Assembly (NCBI GenBank): GCA_016932385.1
Contig: JAFGCY010000011.1
Location: 20,267 to 84,266 of the forward strand
Length of the DNA stretch: 64,000 bases
Reading direction: 5' to 3'
Origin: a bacterium
GTDB lineage: Bacteria; 4484-113; JAFGCY01
The translations under genes were made by a program, and so were the position numbers. Below the pieces are notes generated by a model. That model saw only the letters and a list, made by a program, of their open reading frames with translations, ran no database searches and was not told where the DNA came from. Shown one piece after another: positions 25,426 through 34,096 of the stretch; positions within the stretch are counted from its first letter, which is position 1, and each line of letters opens with the position of its first letter.

Positions 25426-25455
25426 TCTCAACATTGTACCAAAGCAATGTTGAGA
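25426..25455. promoter_or_regulatory. Perfect 11-bp inverted repeat (operator- or hairpin-like)
   Basis: TCTCAACATTG (25426-25436), an 8-nt spacer, then CAATGTTGAGA (25445-25455). It lies in the divergent gap between the small minus-strand ORF and the ABC-2 permease. Confidence 0.5.
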
Positions 25456-25504
25456 ACGCCCTTGGGCAATTTCCTGCCTGATGAGGATCTATTGGAGCTA
25501 TCAG

Positions 25505-26371
25505 ATGTCCGTAAATGAAAACCGAATACGGGGCGGAACTCGCGGAGGCGGCCGGCTGGGCCGCGAACTCAGTGCGATCCGCGCCTTCATCCTGCGCGAT
25601 CTCGACCTGACCAAACGCTACCTCGGCTGGGACATCGTCTGGCTGGTCTACAACCTGATCAACGCGGTGATTATCGGCCTGATCGGCCTGTCGAGCGGCG
25701 CTGCACCGGAGCACGTCCCGGGCGGCCAGCCTTATGTTTTCTACCTGCTGATCGGTGCCGTGATGTGGAACTACCTGGCCGTGCTGTTCATCATCATCGC
25801 CGAGACGGTGGCCTGGGAGCGCTGGGAAGGCACGCTGGAGTACACCTTCATGGCGCCGATCCACCGCCTGACGCACCTGTTCGGCGTCTGCGCCTACGCC
25901 ACGATCTACGGTGTAATCCGCACAATCCTGATGTTGGGCATCCTGGTGCTGGCCTTCCATCTGGATCTCAGCCAAGCCAACCTGCTCTCGGCGCTGGTGG
26001 TGCTGATCATCGGCAGCTTCGCAATGGTCGGCCTGGGCCTGATCGCCGCGGTGGCGCCGCTGTTGAGCCCCGAAAAGGGTGCCCAGGCCACGCACATCCT
26101 GCTGGCGGTCACGCTCTTAGTCAGCGGCGTGTACTACCCGATCAGCGTGCTGCCCAAGTGGTTACAGCCGGCGGCGTATGTCGCGCCGGCCTATTGGGCC
26201 CTGGTCGCCGAGCGCAAGGCGTTCCTCGGCGGCGTACCGCTGACGCAACTCGGCCCCGAGCTGTTAGGCCTGGTGGTCAGCGGGCTGGTCTTTATTCCGT
26301 TGGGTTATGCGATCTTCGCCTGGGGCGAGCGCTATGCCAAGCGCGTCGGCCTGCTGAAGCGCAGCGGGTAA
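25505..26371 (+). CDS. ABC-2 type transporter permease
   Basis: Start at ATG 25505 (TGGAG upstream; ATG 25481 is an alternative). It has six hydrophobic helices. The N-terminal cytoplasmic RAFILRDLDLTKRY segment is typical of ABC-2/DrrB-like permeases. Confidence 0.8.
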   Translation: MSVNENRIRGGTRGGGRLGRELSAIRAFILRDLDLTKRYLGWDIVWLVYNLINAVIIGLIGLSSGAAPEHVPGGQPYVFYLLIGAVMWNYLAVLFIIIAETVAWERWEGTLEYTFMAPIHRLTHLFGVCAYATIYGVIRTILMLGILVLAFHLDLSQANLLSALVVLIIGSFAMVGLGLIAAVAPLLSPEKGAQATHILLAVTLLVSGVYYPISVLPKWLQPAAYVAPAYWALVAERKAFLGGVPLTQLGPELLGLVVSGLVFIPLGYAIFAWGERYAKRVGLLKRSG

Positions 26372-26407
26372 TTCGTTGCGAAGCATGGCCGGCGTATCGG
26401 TGCTAAC

Positions 26408-26944
26408 ATGCTGGCCATGCTTCCCGACAACATCTTTTTGGGCTGTCTGATCGTGTTCGCCCTGCGCGTCACCGACGTCTCGATGGGCACCCTGCGCACG
26501 GTATACATCCTGCAGGGCCGGCGGCTGTTGGCCGCCTGCATCGGCTTCTTCGAGGTGCTGATCTGGATCTTCGTGGTCAGCTCGGTCGTCGGTGCGATCA
26601 CGGACTGGATGCTGATGGTGGCCTATGCGCTGGGCTTCGCCACCGGCACCTGGGTCGGGCTGTCGCTGGAGCGCCGCTTCGCGATCGGCTTTACGCAGCT
26701 CAGGGTGATCAGCGACGACAACGGCGAGAACATCGCCAAGGCGCTGTGGGCGGAGGACTTCGGCGCAACGGTAGTCCGCGGACACGGGAAGAACGGCGCG
26801 GTGGATCTGGTGTTCAGCATCGTCCCCCGCCGCTGGCTAAAGCGCTGCGTCAACCTGGCAACAAAGGTCGACAGCGACTGCTTCATCAGCGTCTCCGACA
26901 GCCGCTACCTGTTCCGCGGGTACATGGGCCAGGGGAAGAAGTAA
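26408..26944 (+). CDS. UPF0316/DUF2179-family membrane protein
   Basis: N-terminal TM helices with the pattern LRVTDVSMGTLRTVYILQGRR. A soluble C-terminal domain follows (RVISDDNGENIAKALWAEDFGATVVRGHGKNG). Confidence 0.65.
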   Translation: MLAMLPDNIFLGCLIVFALRVTDVSMGTLRTVYILQGRRLLAACIGFFEVLIWIFVVSSVVGAITDWMLMVAYALGFATGTWVGLSLERRFAIGFTQLRVISDDNGENIAKALWAEDFGATVVRGHGKNGAVDLVFSIVPRRWLKRCVNLATKVDSDCFISVSDSRYLFRGYMGQGKK

Positions 26945-26962
26945 CCATATCAAGCAGGCGGC

Positions 26963-28360
26963 TCAGTCGTGCGGCAGTACTGTGATGTTGGCGGCCACGC
27001 TGTTGCTGATGTCGTACCAGGTTCCATCGCCGCCATAGGCTTTGTAGTAAGTACCATTATCGAACTCGCGCTCCTGGAATCCGATCGAATAGGTACCGGG
27101 ATTGGGAAAGCGCAAGCGGAAATTGCAGAGCTCCCCGCCGCCCGTGACATCCTCGCCGCCGATGGGAGCGAAGACCATGCTGTGGCTGACAATACCTGGC
27201 GTCTCCGTGTCCTTGACGACAATCCAGTCGTCCGGATCGATAACCCAGCCGTAAATATCATCCGCCATCTGCTCCCAGAATCCATCGGGGTCCATCTTTT
27301 CACCACCCGGCGCACCCAGGTTGAAGCTGCCGCCGACAAACTCGACATCCTCGCTGAGCAAGATGGCCAGGCAGGGATTACAGCAGGGCTCTTCGGCCGG
27401 GAACGGCCCGGTGATAATGGTTACCATCACGTCATCGCCGGCAAGGAGCTCTTCTTGACTGGGAAAGGCGTACAAGTACAACGGCCTGGGAAAACAGGCC
27501 GGGATTACCGTATAGCTGAATTCCATCGTCGTTTCGCCCGCCGCATTCGCCGTTACGATCTCACCAGTGTATAAGCCGGGAGCAGCGATTGTAACTAAAG
27601 GCTCCAGATCTGAAGACTGATTTGGAATTGCCCCACCGCCGAAATCCCATGAAATCGAGTCAATTACCATCTCCTGGTTGATGTACGTTGGCCCTTGCCC
27701 GGAAAAGCGAATTTGGTCGCCGCTCATCACCAGCTTGGGATCTGGTTTCAAAATATGTGGCAATTTCAGGTCGCCCGCCAGCAAGCCATAGAAATCTTGT
27801 TTGGACGTAGCCACTACTGCCACAAGTAGGCAGCCGTTATTAACATGATCTGCATTGTATTCGTAAGGATCGTAATGCGCCGAATCATAATTACTGATCA
27901 AATTCCAGCAATCATTTGTGAAATCCGCCGCCAGAGTGTATAGGTATTGAATTCCACCGCAGTGGAACCCGGTATTGTCCGATATCAATTGGATGATTCC
28001 CTTGTGTTCATAGTCCGGCACTCGCACCCAGTACATTGCGTAGGCGAGTTCGGCTTTTTTGGACCAATTCGCCGTCAGATACAAGAGGTCACCGCTCAAA
28101 GACACCGCTGCATGCGGCAGATCCTGTTCGTAATCCGCGGCCACCGTAACCAGATCACTCGAAAGGACCGTCGGCAGCTTGAGCGTGCTGGGATCGGGCA
28201 GGAACGACTCGCCGGTGAAGGTCGATTGGCTATCCCCCACGTCATCCACCGGTGGTTGCGACTGCCCGCCACAGCCGGCAACCAGCATGATCGCCAAACA
28301 GGCAAACCCGATGTTGCGGAAAGTACTTCGTCGCGTCCCCATTGCTCCCACCATACTCAA
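26963..28360 (-). CDS. Lipoprotein, paralog of the 11006..12415 product
   Basis: Signal + lipobox (FACLAIMLVAGCGG). The middle is PKD-like (ISWDFGGGAIPNQS..PGLYTGEIVTANAAGE). The C-terminal block is LCNFRLRFPNPGTYSIGFQEREFDNGTYY....WYDISNS. Confidence 0.75.
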   Translation of the reverse strand: MSMVGAMGTRRSTFRNIGFACLAIMLVAGCGGQSQPPVDDVGDSQSTFTGESFLPDPSTLKLPTVLSSDLVTVAADYEQDLPHAAVSLSGDLLYLTANWSKKAELAYAMYWVRVPDYEHKGIIQLISDNTGFHCGGIQYLYTLAADFTNDCWNLISNYDSAHYDPYEYNADHVNNGCLLVAVVATSKQDFYGLLAGDLKLPHILKPDPKLVMSGDQIRFSGQGPTYINQEMVIDSISWDFGGGAIPNQSSDLEPLVTIAAPGLYTGEIVTANAAGETTMEFSYTVIPACFPRPLYLYAFPSQEELLAGDDVMVTIITGPFPAEEPCCNPCLAILLSEDVEFVGGSFNLGAPGGEKMDPDGFWEQMADDIYGWVIDPDDWIVVKDTETPGIVSHSMVFAPIGGEDVTGGGELCNFRLRFPNPGTYSIGFQEREFDNGTYYKAYGGDGTWYDISNSVAANITVLPHD

Positions 28361-28419
28361 AATCTACCATACGCGGGTAACCGGTTGCCACCCGCGCTTA
28401 CAGCTGGATAATATGACGT

Positions 28420-29010
28420 ATGAATAGTGCTCTGGTTCGTTCGCTACATCTGAATCCGCAACCGCTGGTGATGTGCTTCGCCGAGGAAAAACCCGCCAGC
28501 GCCCTGCTGCACGACGCCGCCAAGTGGGGATGCGTGATCTCGCTGTTCAAAGCCTCCGCCGCCGGCCGGATCATCGTCTTGGACCGCGATAATTACGACT
28601 GTCTGATGCAGGGCCAGGGCCGCTGCTTCGAGGGAGAATACAGCTCGATCGGCTTACCTAATTACGCGCCGGACTGCGAATACATCGTCTTAAAGCCGCT
28701 GCGCCAGGTCGATGCCGCCGACAATCCGCAGGTAATCTGCATGTTCCCCGAGTTGAAACAACTCGACAACCTGCTCAGGCTGGCCAACATCGACCGGCCC
28801 GGTCGCGACGCCGTATTCGCCCCGCATGCCACGGCCTGCCAGACGGCCTACCTGCTGCCCTATCACGAGGGCCACCAGGATCGACCTCGGGCCGTGATCG
28901 GCGGCTTCGATTACGTCTCGCGCCAGCATATCAGCGCTGACAAGGTCACCTTCGCCCTCCCCTGGCGGCTGTTTGAGGCCATGGAGACTGCCTTCGCCGA
29001 AAGCGCCTGA
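28420..29010 (+). CDS. Hypothetical protein (possibly DUF169-like)
   Basis: 196-aa ORF with protein-like composition. The N-terminal pattern PLVMCFAEEKP....A.KWGCV faintly recalls DUF169. This is a weak call. Confidence 0.4.
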   Translation: MNSALVRSLHLNPQPLVMCFAEEKPASALLHDAAKWGCVISLFKASAAGRIIVLDRDNYDCLMQGQGRCFEGEYSSIGLPNYAPDCEYIVLKPLRQVDAADNPQVICMFPELKQLDNLLRLANIDRPGRDAVFAPHATACQTAYLLPYHEGHQDRPRAVIGGFDYVSRQHISADKVTFALPWRLFEAMETAFAESA

Positions 29011-29074
29011 CCACCGGATAACCATAGGGCTTGATGAAATCAGGATTCAGCCGGTAAAGCCAGGCCGGATGAGC

Positions 29075-29103
29075 TTGACCCGCCTTCAGCCCAAGGCTAT
29101 AAT
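29075..29103 (+). promoter_or_regulatory. Predicted sigma70-type promoter
   Basis: -35 TTGACC (29075-29080), 17-nt spacer, -10 TATAAT (29098-29103). GGAGGA Shine-Dalgarno lies before ATG 29139. Confidence 0.5.
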
Positions 29104-29138
29104 TCGCGCTTCTAATTGCCCTGTGCTGGAGGACGGCA

Positions 29139-30299
29139 ATGGAGTTCATGCTCTCGAAGAACCGCAAGGTCAAGCTAGCGCTGGGTTTTAATGACGTCTC
29201 ATTAGTACCCAGTCTCTCCACGATCGATCCCGTCGACACCGATGTCAGCTTCGAGCTGGGCGGCACGCGCTATGAGCTGCCGATCATCGCCGCCGCGATG
29301 GACGGCGTGGTCGACGTACGCATCGCGCGCCTGTTCAGCGAGTTCGGCGGTTTGGGCGTGCTGAACCTGGAGGGCATCTACTGCCGTTACGACGACTATG
29401 ACGAGATCCTCAAGAAGATCGTCGAGAGCGACGACGAACGCGTCACCGGCCTGTTCCAGAAACTCTACCAGCAGCCGGTGCTGCCCGAGCTGATCGAAAA
29501 GCGCATCGTCGAGATCAAAAGCGGCGGCCTGAAGGCGGCGGTCAGCCTGACGCCGGCCGGCGCTTTGAAATTCGCCGAGGTGGTGGAGCAGGCCGGCGCC
29601 GACGTACTGGTAATCCAGAGCACCGTGGTCAGCACCCAGCACCGAAGCAAGAGCGGCGGCGTACTGGACGTGGCCAAGCTGATCAGCGGCCTGACGATTC
29701 CGGTGATCCTGGGTAACTGCGTCACCTACGACGTCGCCTACGCCCAGATGGAGGCCGGCGCGGCGGGTATCCTGGTCGGCATCGGGCCGGGCCAGGCCTG
29801 CACCACGCGCGGAGTGACCGGCGTGGGCATTCCGCAGATCACCGCCACCGCCGACTGCGCCGCGGCGCGCGACGACTACTTCGAAAAGACCGGCCGCTAC
29901 GTCAACGTCATCACCGACGGCGGCATGCGCCAGGGCGGGCAGATCTGCAAGGCGTTGGCCGCCGGCGCGGACGCGATCATGACCGGCAGCATTTTCGCCG
30001 GCTGTCCCGAGAGCCCGGCCGCGCCTTATCACTGGGGCATGGCCACGCCGGACCCGAACCTGCCGCGCGGCACCCGCGTGAAAAGCAGTGTCAGCGTTCC
30101 CTTGAAGCAGGTGCTGTTCGGCCCGAGCAGCGTCACCGACGGCACGCAAAACCTGGTCGGCGCGATCAAGAGCGCGATGGGGCTGTGCGGGGCGGAGACG
30201 ATCCGCGAATTCCACGAAACGCAGATCGCCGTCAGCCTCAGCTTCATGACCGAGGGCAAGCAGCTGCAGATGAGCCAGCGCGTCGGTATGGGTAAATAG
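29139..30299 (+). CDS. GuaB3-type IMP dehydrogenase-related protein (no CBS insert)
   Basis: 386 aa. The N-terminus is [11 protein letters not shown]. The catalytic-loop-like segment is [20 protein letters not shown], followed by [24 protein letters not shown]. Confidence 0.8.
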   Translation: MEFMLSKNRKVKLALGFNDVSLVPSLSTIDPVDTDVSFELGGTRYELPIIAAAMDGVVDVRIARLFSEFGGLGVLNLEGIYCRYDDYDEILKKIVESDDERVTGLFQKLYQQPVLPELIEKRIVEIKSGGLKAAVSLTPAGALKFAEVVEQAGADVLVIQSTVVSTQHRSKSGGVLDVAKLISGLTIPVILGNCVTYDVAYAQMEAGAAGILVGIGPGQACTTRGVTGVGIPQITATADCAAARDDYFEKTGRYVNVITDGGMRQGGQICKALAAGADAIMTGSIFAGCPESPAAPYHWGMATPDPNLPRGTRVKSSVSVPLKQVLFGPSSVTDGTQNLVGAIKSAMGLCGAETIREFHETQIAVSLSFMTEGKQLQMSQRVGMGK

Positions 30300-30303
30300 C
30301 GGC

Positions 30304-31050
30304 ATGCGCCCCGAAGTTCTTCTGCTCGACTGCGGCGGCACTTTGACCTGGCCGCCGTTTGAGCGCGTGCGCCGCCTGATCAAGGAGCTGCGCGGCATCG
30401 ATGTTCCGACGGACAATCCCTTCGAAGGTTTCTATCGCAGCAGCCACGCCCTGGAGATGTACTTGCGGCAACACGGTCGGCCGCCGGCGGAAGACATGCG
30501 CGGGCTGCAGCACTGGCTGTACCTGGCTGGTTTCCGCTTGACGGGCAACGACGGAGTCTGGACCGAGGAGTGCACGGACGAACTGCTGCGCCGCGAGGGA
30601 GGCCGGATGGGCAAGTGGGATCATACGTTCCCTTGGGTCGAGCAAACCCTCCGCGAACTGCGACTGGCCGGCTTGCCACTGGCGGTGGTCAGCAACTCCG
30701 ATCGCAGCGTGACCGAGTTGTTGCAGGAAATCGGTTATGCGCCCTACCTGGATGTAATCGTTGACAGCTTTGTCGACGGCGTGGCCAAGCCCGATGCACG
30801 CCTGTTCTATCTGGCACTTGAGCGCCTGGGCCGGCGGGACTTGGTCGAACAGGCGCAAGCGTCGGCCCGGGGTGAGGCGGAACCCCCGCCGGTCGTGCAT
30901 ATCGGCGACCACTATCGCGCGGACTTCCAGGGCGCGTGGGAGGCCGGGCTCAACGCCTGGCTGCTTGACCCGCTGGACCTGTACGACGATATCGCGCCGA
31001 ATCTGCGCGTGAAGAGCATTGCCGATCTGCCGGTCAGGCTCAAACCTTGA
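30304..31050 (+). CDS. HAD-superfamily hydrolase (subfamily IA-like)
   Basis: Motif I-like LLLDCGGTL, motif II VVSNSD, motif IV HIGDHYRADFQGA. Confidence 0.75.
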   Translation: MRPEVLLLDCGGTLTWPPFERVRRLIKELRGIDVPTDNPFEGFYRSSHALEMYLRQHGRPPAEDMRGLQHWLYLAGFRLTGNDGVWTEECTDELLRREGGRMGKWDHTFPWVEQTLRELRLAGLPLAVVSNSDRSVTELLQEIGYAPYLDVIVDSFVDGVAKPDARLFYLALERLGRRDLVEQAQASARGEAEPPPVVHIGDHYRADFQGAWEAGLNAWLLDPLDLYDDIAPNLRVKSIADLPVRLKP

Positions 31051-31104
31051 TTAAGCGCTAGACCGCACACAAAAACAGGCTTTTCTGCCATAATTCCACG
31101 GCGC

Positions 31105-32064
31105 ATGGCAATCATCATGGTTATTGGTGGGCTGATCCTGCTGCCTTTGACGGCGGATTGGCTGGTGCGCGGTGCGACGGGTTTGGCCCGGCATTTCGGC
31201 ATTCCCGATGTCCTGATCGGCCTGACGGTAGTAGCCATCGGCACCAGCGCGCCCGAATTGGTTACAGGAATCCTGGCGGCCGTCCAAAACGCGCCCGGCA
31301 TCGCCCTGGGCAACGCGGTCGGCAGCAATATCGCCAATCTGGGTCTGGTTCTCGGGGCAATCGCCCTGGTCGGCCGGATTCCCGTGCAACAACAATTGCT
31401 GGGGCGCGATGTCCCGGTTATGTTGGGCGTCATGCTGGTCTCACTGCTCATGGCTCTGGACGGTGTCATCAGCCGGCTCGATGGGCTGGTGCTTGTTCTG
31501 ATCCTGGGCGCGCTGACCTGGTGGACAATCCGCCGGGATAAGCTCAAGCCGCCGCAGGAATTGGCACCGGCCGAGCCACAACCGGCCGAACCGCAACTGG
31601 CGTCCCAGACTAAACTCGGCTGGCAAAGTATCGTTGCCTTGATCGCCGGCGTCATCGGGCTGGCCGCCGGCGCTGAGCTGCTAGTCCGCGGCGCTACTTT
31701 ACTGGCAGCCGCCTTCGGCGTCAGCAATACAGTGATCGGAGCCACCGTCGTCGCCCTGGGAACAAGCCTGCCCGAGCTGGCGGCATCATTCGCCGCCGCC
31801 CGTCAAAAGCTTTACGGCCTGATGCTGGGCAACCTGGTGGGCTCCTGCCAGTTCAACCTGGCGGCGATAGTCGGCATTCCGGCGTTGATCAGGCCACTCA
31901 ACGCGGACCATACCATGCTCAGCCTGCATATCCCGGCAATGATGGTCATGGCCCTGGCCGCCTGGATCATGCTCTCGTCCTACAAGACGGTATTGCGCCG
32001 CGAAGGATTTATCCTCGTCGTAATGTACGGCGTTTACATTGCGCTGACCATTTATCTGGCATAG
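31105..32064 (+). CDS. Ca2+/Na+ (CaCA family, YrbG-like) antiporter
   Basis: Two alpha-repeat signatures, GTSAPEL and GTSLPEL. There are ~10 TM helices in 319 aa. Confidence 0.9.
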   Translation: MAIIMVIGGLILLPLTADWLVRGATGLARHFGIPDVLIGLTVVAIGTSAPELVTGILAAVQNAPGIALGNAVGSNIANLGLVLGAIALVGRIPVQQQLLGRDVPVMLGVMLVSLLMALDGVISRLDGLVLVLILGALTWWTIRRDKLKPPQELAPAEPQPAEPQLASQTKLGWQSIVALIAGVIGLAAGAELLVRGATLLAAAFGVSNTVIGATVVALGTSLPELAASFAAARQKLYGLMLGNLVGSCQFNLAAIVGIPALIRPLNADHTMLSLHIPAMMVMALAAWIMLSSYKTVLRREGFILVVMYGVYIALTIYLA

Positions 32065-32071
32065 GTTTTAT

Positions 32072-33445
32072 ATGGTGACGCAAGTTGCGACTTGCGTTAA
32101 AATAATGGGTTGTATGGAAGGCGCGAGTCACGACATTCTGTTATTGGATGCCCACGTTCTGACAATGGACGATACCGGCACTCAATACCCCCGAGGGTTT
32201 GTGGCCATATCCGGCCGCAAGATTGCCGCACTCGGGCCGATGGAACAATGTCCGCCGGTGGATTCAGCTCGTGAAGTAATCGACTGCACGGACTGCGTCA
32301 TCCTGCCGGGCCTGGTCAATTGCCATACGCATCTGGCAATGAACTATTTCCGCGGCATGGCCGATGATCTGCCGCTCGTGGAGTGGCTGGAGAAACACAT
32401 CTGGCCCGCCGAAGCCAGGTACCTGACCCCGGACTTCGTTTACGATGCTTCGCTCTTCGCGGCCGCCGAGTGCCTTAAGTGCGGCGTAACCTGTGTCAAC
32501 GATATGTACATCTTCGCTGCCGATGTGGCGCGGGCCTGTGCCGATGCCGGCCTACGGGCATATGTCGGCGAGGGAGTCATCCAGTACCCGACACCTGCCG
32601 CGCCGACCTGGGAAGACGGCCGGCGGCTGACGGACGAGCTTATCGCGAAATTCCTCGACCACGAGCTGGTTACGCCGACAGTCTGCGTGCACGCACCGTA
32701 TTCGTGTACTCCGGAGATCCTGCAGACAATGCACGGCGTTGCCCAGAAGCACGGTTTGCTCTATCACACTCATCTGCACGAATCGGAGGATGAACCCGAT
32801 CGGATCGAGTGGGGTAAAACCGATGAATCTCCGCTGCACAGCCTGTTGCGCATCGGTGTTCTGGGACCGCGAATGGTGGCCGCTCATGGCGTCTGGCTCA
32901 GCGATCACGACATCAAGCACATGCATGATTACGGCTGTGGAGTGGCGCACTGTCCGACCAGCAATATGAAACTGGGCAACGGTATCGCGCCGATCCACTC
33001 CATGATCGAAGGTGAGATTCCGGTCGGCGTGGGCACGGATGGCGCCGCCAGCAACAACAACCTGAATATCTGGGAAGAAGTCCATTTGGCCGCCCTGGCC
33101 AGTAAATCCGTATACAAGAATCCCGAAGTTGTGCCGGCGGAAGCCGCCGTTGGTTTTGCGACCCGTAATGCGGCGCACCTGCTCTGTGCCGATCACTTCG
33201 GCCAGCTGGTCGACGGGCGTTGCGCGGATTTGGCGGTTGTCGATATGAGTGGCTTGCACCACCTGCCGCGGTACTCGCATCCGCAGGCCGTCTATTCGCA
33301 GCTGGCCTACACCACGCAAGCCGCCGATGTCCGCGACACGATTGTCAACGGGCGCATCCTGTATAGGAACCGCAAGCTTACTCAACTGGACGAACACGAA
33401 TTGGTGCAAAGAGCCCAGCATTGGGCGCAGAAACTGGGTGAGTAA
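32072..33445 (+). CDS. mtaD: 5-methylthioadenosine/S-adenosylhomocysteine deaminase-type amidohydrolase
   Basis: LPGLVNCHTHLAMNYFRGMADDLPLVEWLEKHIWPAE, HLHES, VAHCPTSNMKLG, GTDGAASNN. The start is uncertain (ATGs at 32072, 32105 and 32114). Confidence 0.8.
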   Translation: MVTQVATCVKIMGCMEGASHDILLLDAHVLTMDDTGTQYPRGFVAISGRKIAALGPMEQCPPVDSAREVIDCTDCVILPGLVNCHTHLAMNYFRGMADDLPLVEWLEKHIWPAEARYLTPDFVYDASLFAAAECLKCGVTCVNDMYIFAADVARACADAGLRAYVGEGVIQYPTPAAPTWEDGRRLTDELIAKFLDHELVTPTVCVHAPYSCTPEILQTMHGVAQKHGLLYHTHLHESEDEPDRIEWGKTDESPLHSLLRIGVLGPRMVAAHGVWLSDHDIKHMHDYGCGVAHCPTSNMKLGNGIAPIHSMIEGEIPVGVGTDGAASNNNLNIWEEVHLAALASKSVYKNPEVVPAEAAVGFATRNAAHLLCADHFGQLVDGRCADLAVVDMSGLHHLPRYSHPQAVYSQLAYTTQAADVRDTIVNGRILYRNRKLTQLDEHELVQRAQHWAQKLGE

Positions 33446-33536
33446 TCACGATTGGACCGGCGATTGCGCAGGTGCAATGCCGGCACGACAGAAGAAAGAG
33501 GATCAAGCGAGGTACTAGTAGGTTCAAAGGAAGTTG

Positions 33537-33926
33537 ATGGAAGAGTCTCCACATGTTTTGGTAGTTGATGACGACAGCACGTTGTGCGGCTTGCTCGAGT
33601 ACAAGCTTAAGCGCAAGGGTTTCAAGGTCACGCTTTGCGGAGATGGCCAAGCTGCCATGGAAGAGCTGCAGCGAAGCAAAGTCGATGTCCTGTTGCTTGA
33701 CATCATGATGCCGCGAATGGATGGATTCCACCTGTTGCGTGTTCTGCAGGACCCCGAGAATGTCGTGCCCCGGGCGATTGTTGTCCTGAGCGCGCGTGGT
33801 GATGAGGATGATATCCTCAAAGCATTCGAGCTCGGTGCGATCGATTATGTCACCAAGCCCTTTAGCGTGAATGTGCTGATCGCCCGAATTGAGATAGCGT
33901 TAAAATTTAAGGTTACCAGGGGGTAA
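33537..33926 (+). CDS. Stand-alone response regulator receiver (CheY-like)
   Basis: VLVVDDD, phospho-acceptor context VDVLLLDIMMPRMDG, conserved Lys in YVTKPF. No output domain. Confidence 0.85.
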   Translation: MEESPHVLVVDDDSTLCGLLEYKLKRKGFKVTLCGDGQAAMEELQRSKVDVLLLDIMMPRMDGFHLLRVLQDPENVVPRAIVVLSARGDEDDILKAFELGAIDYVTKPFSVNVLIARIEIALKFKVTRG

Positions 33927-34023
33927 TCCTCTTTTAGTTCAGCCAATATGTTATGTTATGTATAGCGGATGGGCTAAAAAGGACCACGCTTGGTTAAATA
34001 TAAGTTAAGTCGAATCGGCAAAT

Positions 34024-34062
34024 GATCACAGGTGGTATTCCTTAAGGAATCTACTGGTGATC
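34024..34062. promoter_or_regulatory. Nested palindrome upstream of the HEAT/GT2 operon
   Basis: Perfect 14-bp palindrome ATTCCTTAAGGAAT (34037-34050), flanked by outer arms GATCAC (34024-34029) and GTGATC (34057-34062). Confidence 0.45.
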
Positions 34063-34096
34063 GATAGGCCGTCGTAGGTTACGGAGAGTTTCGGAA

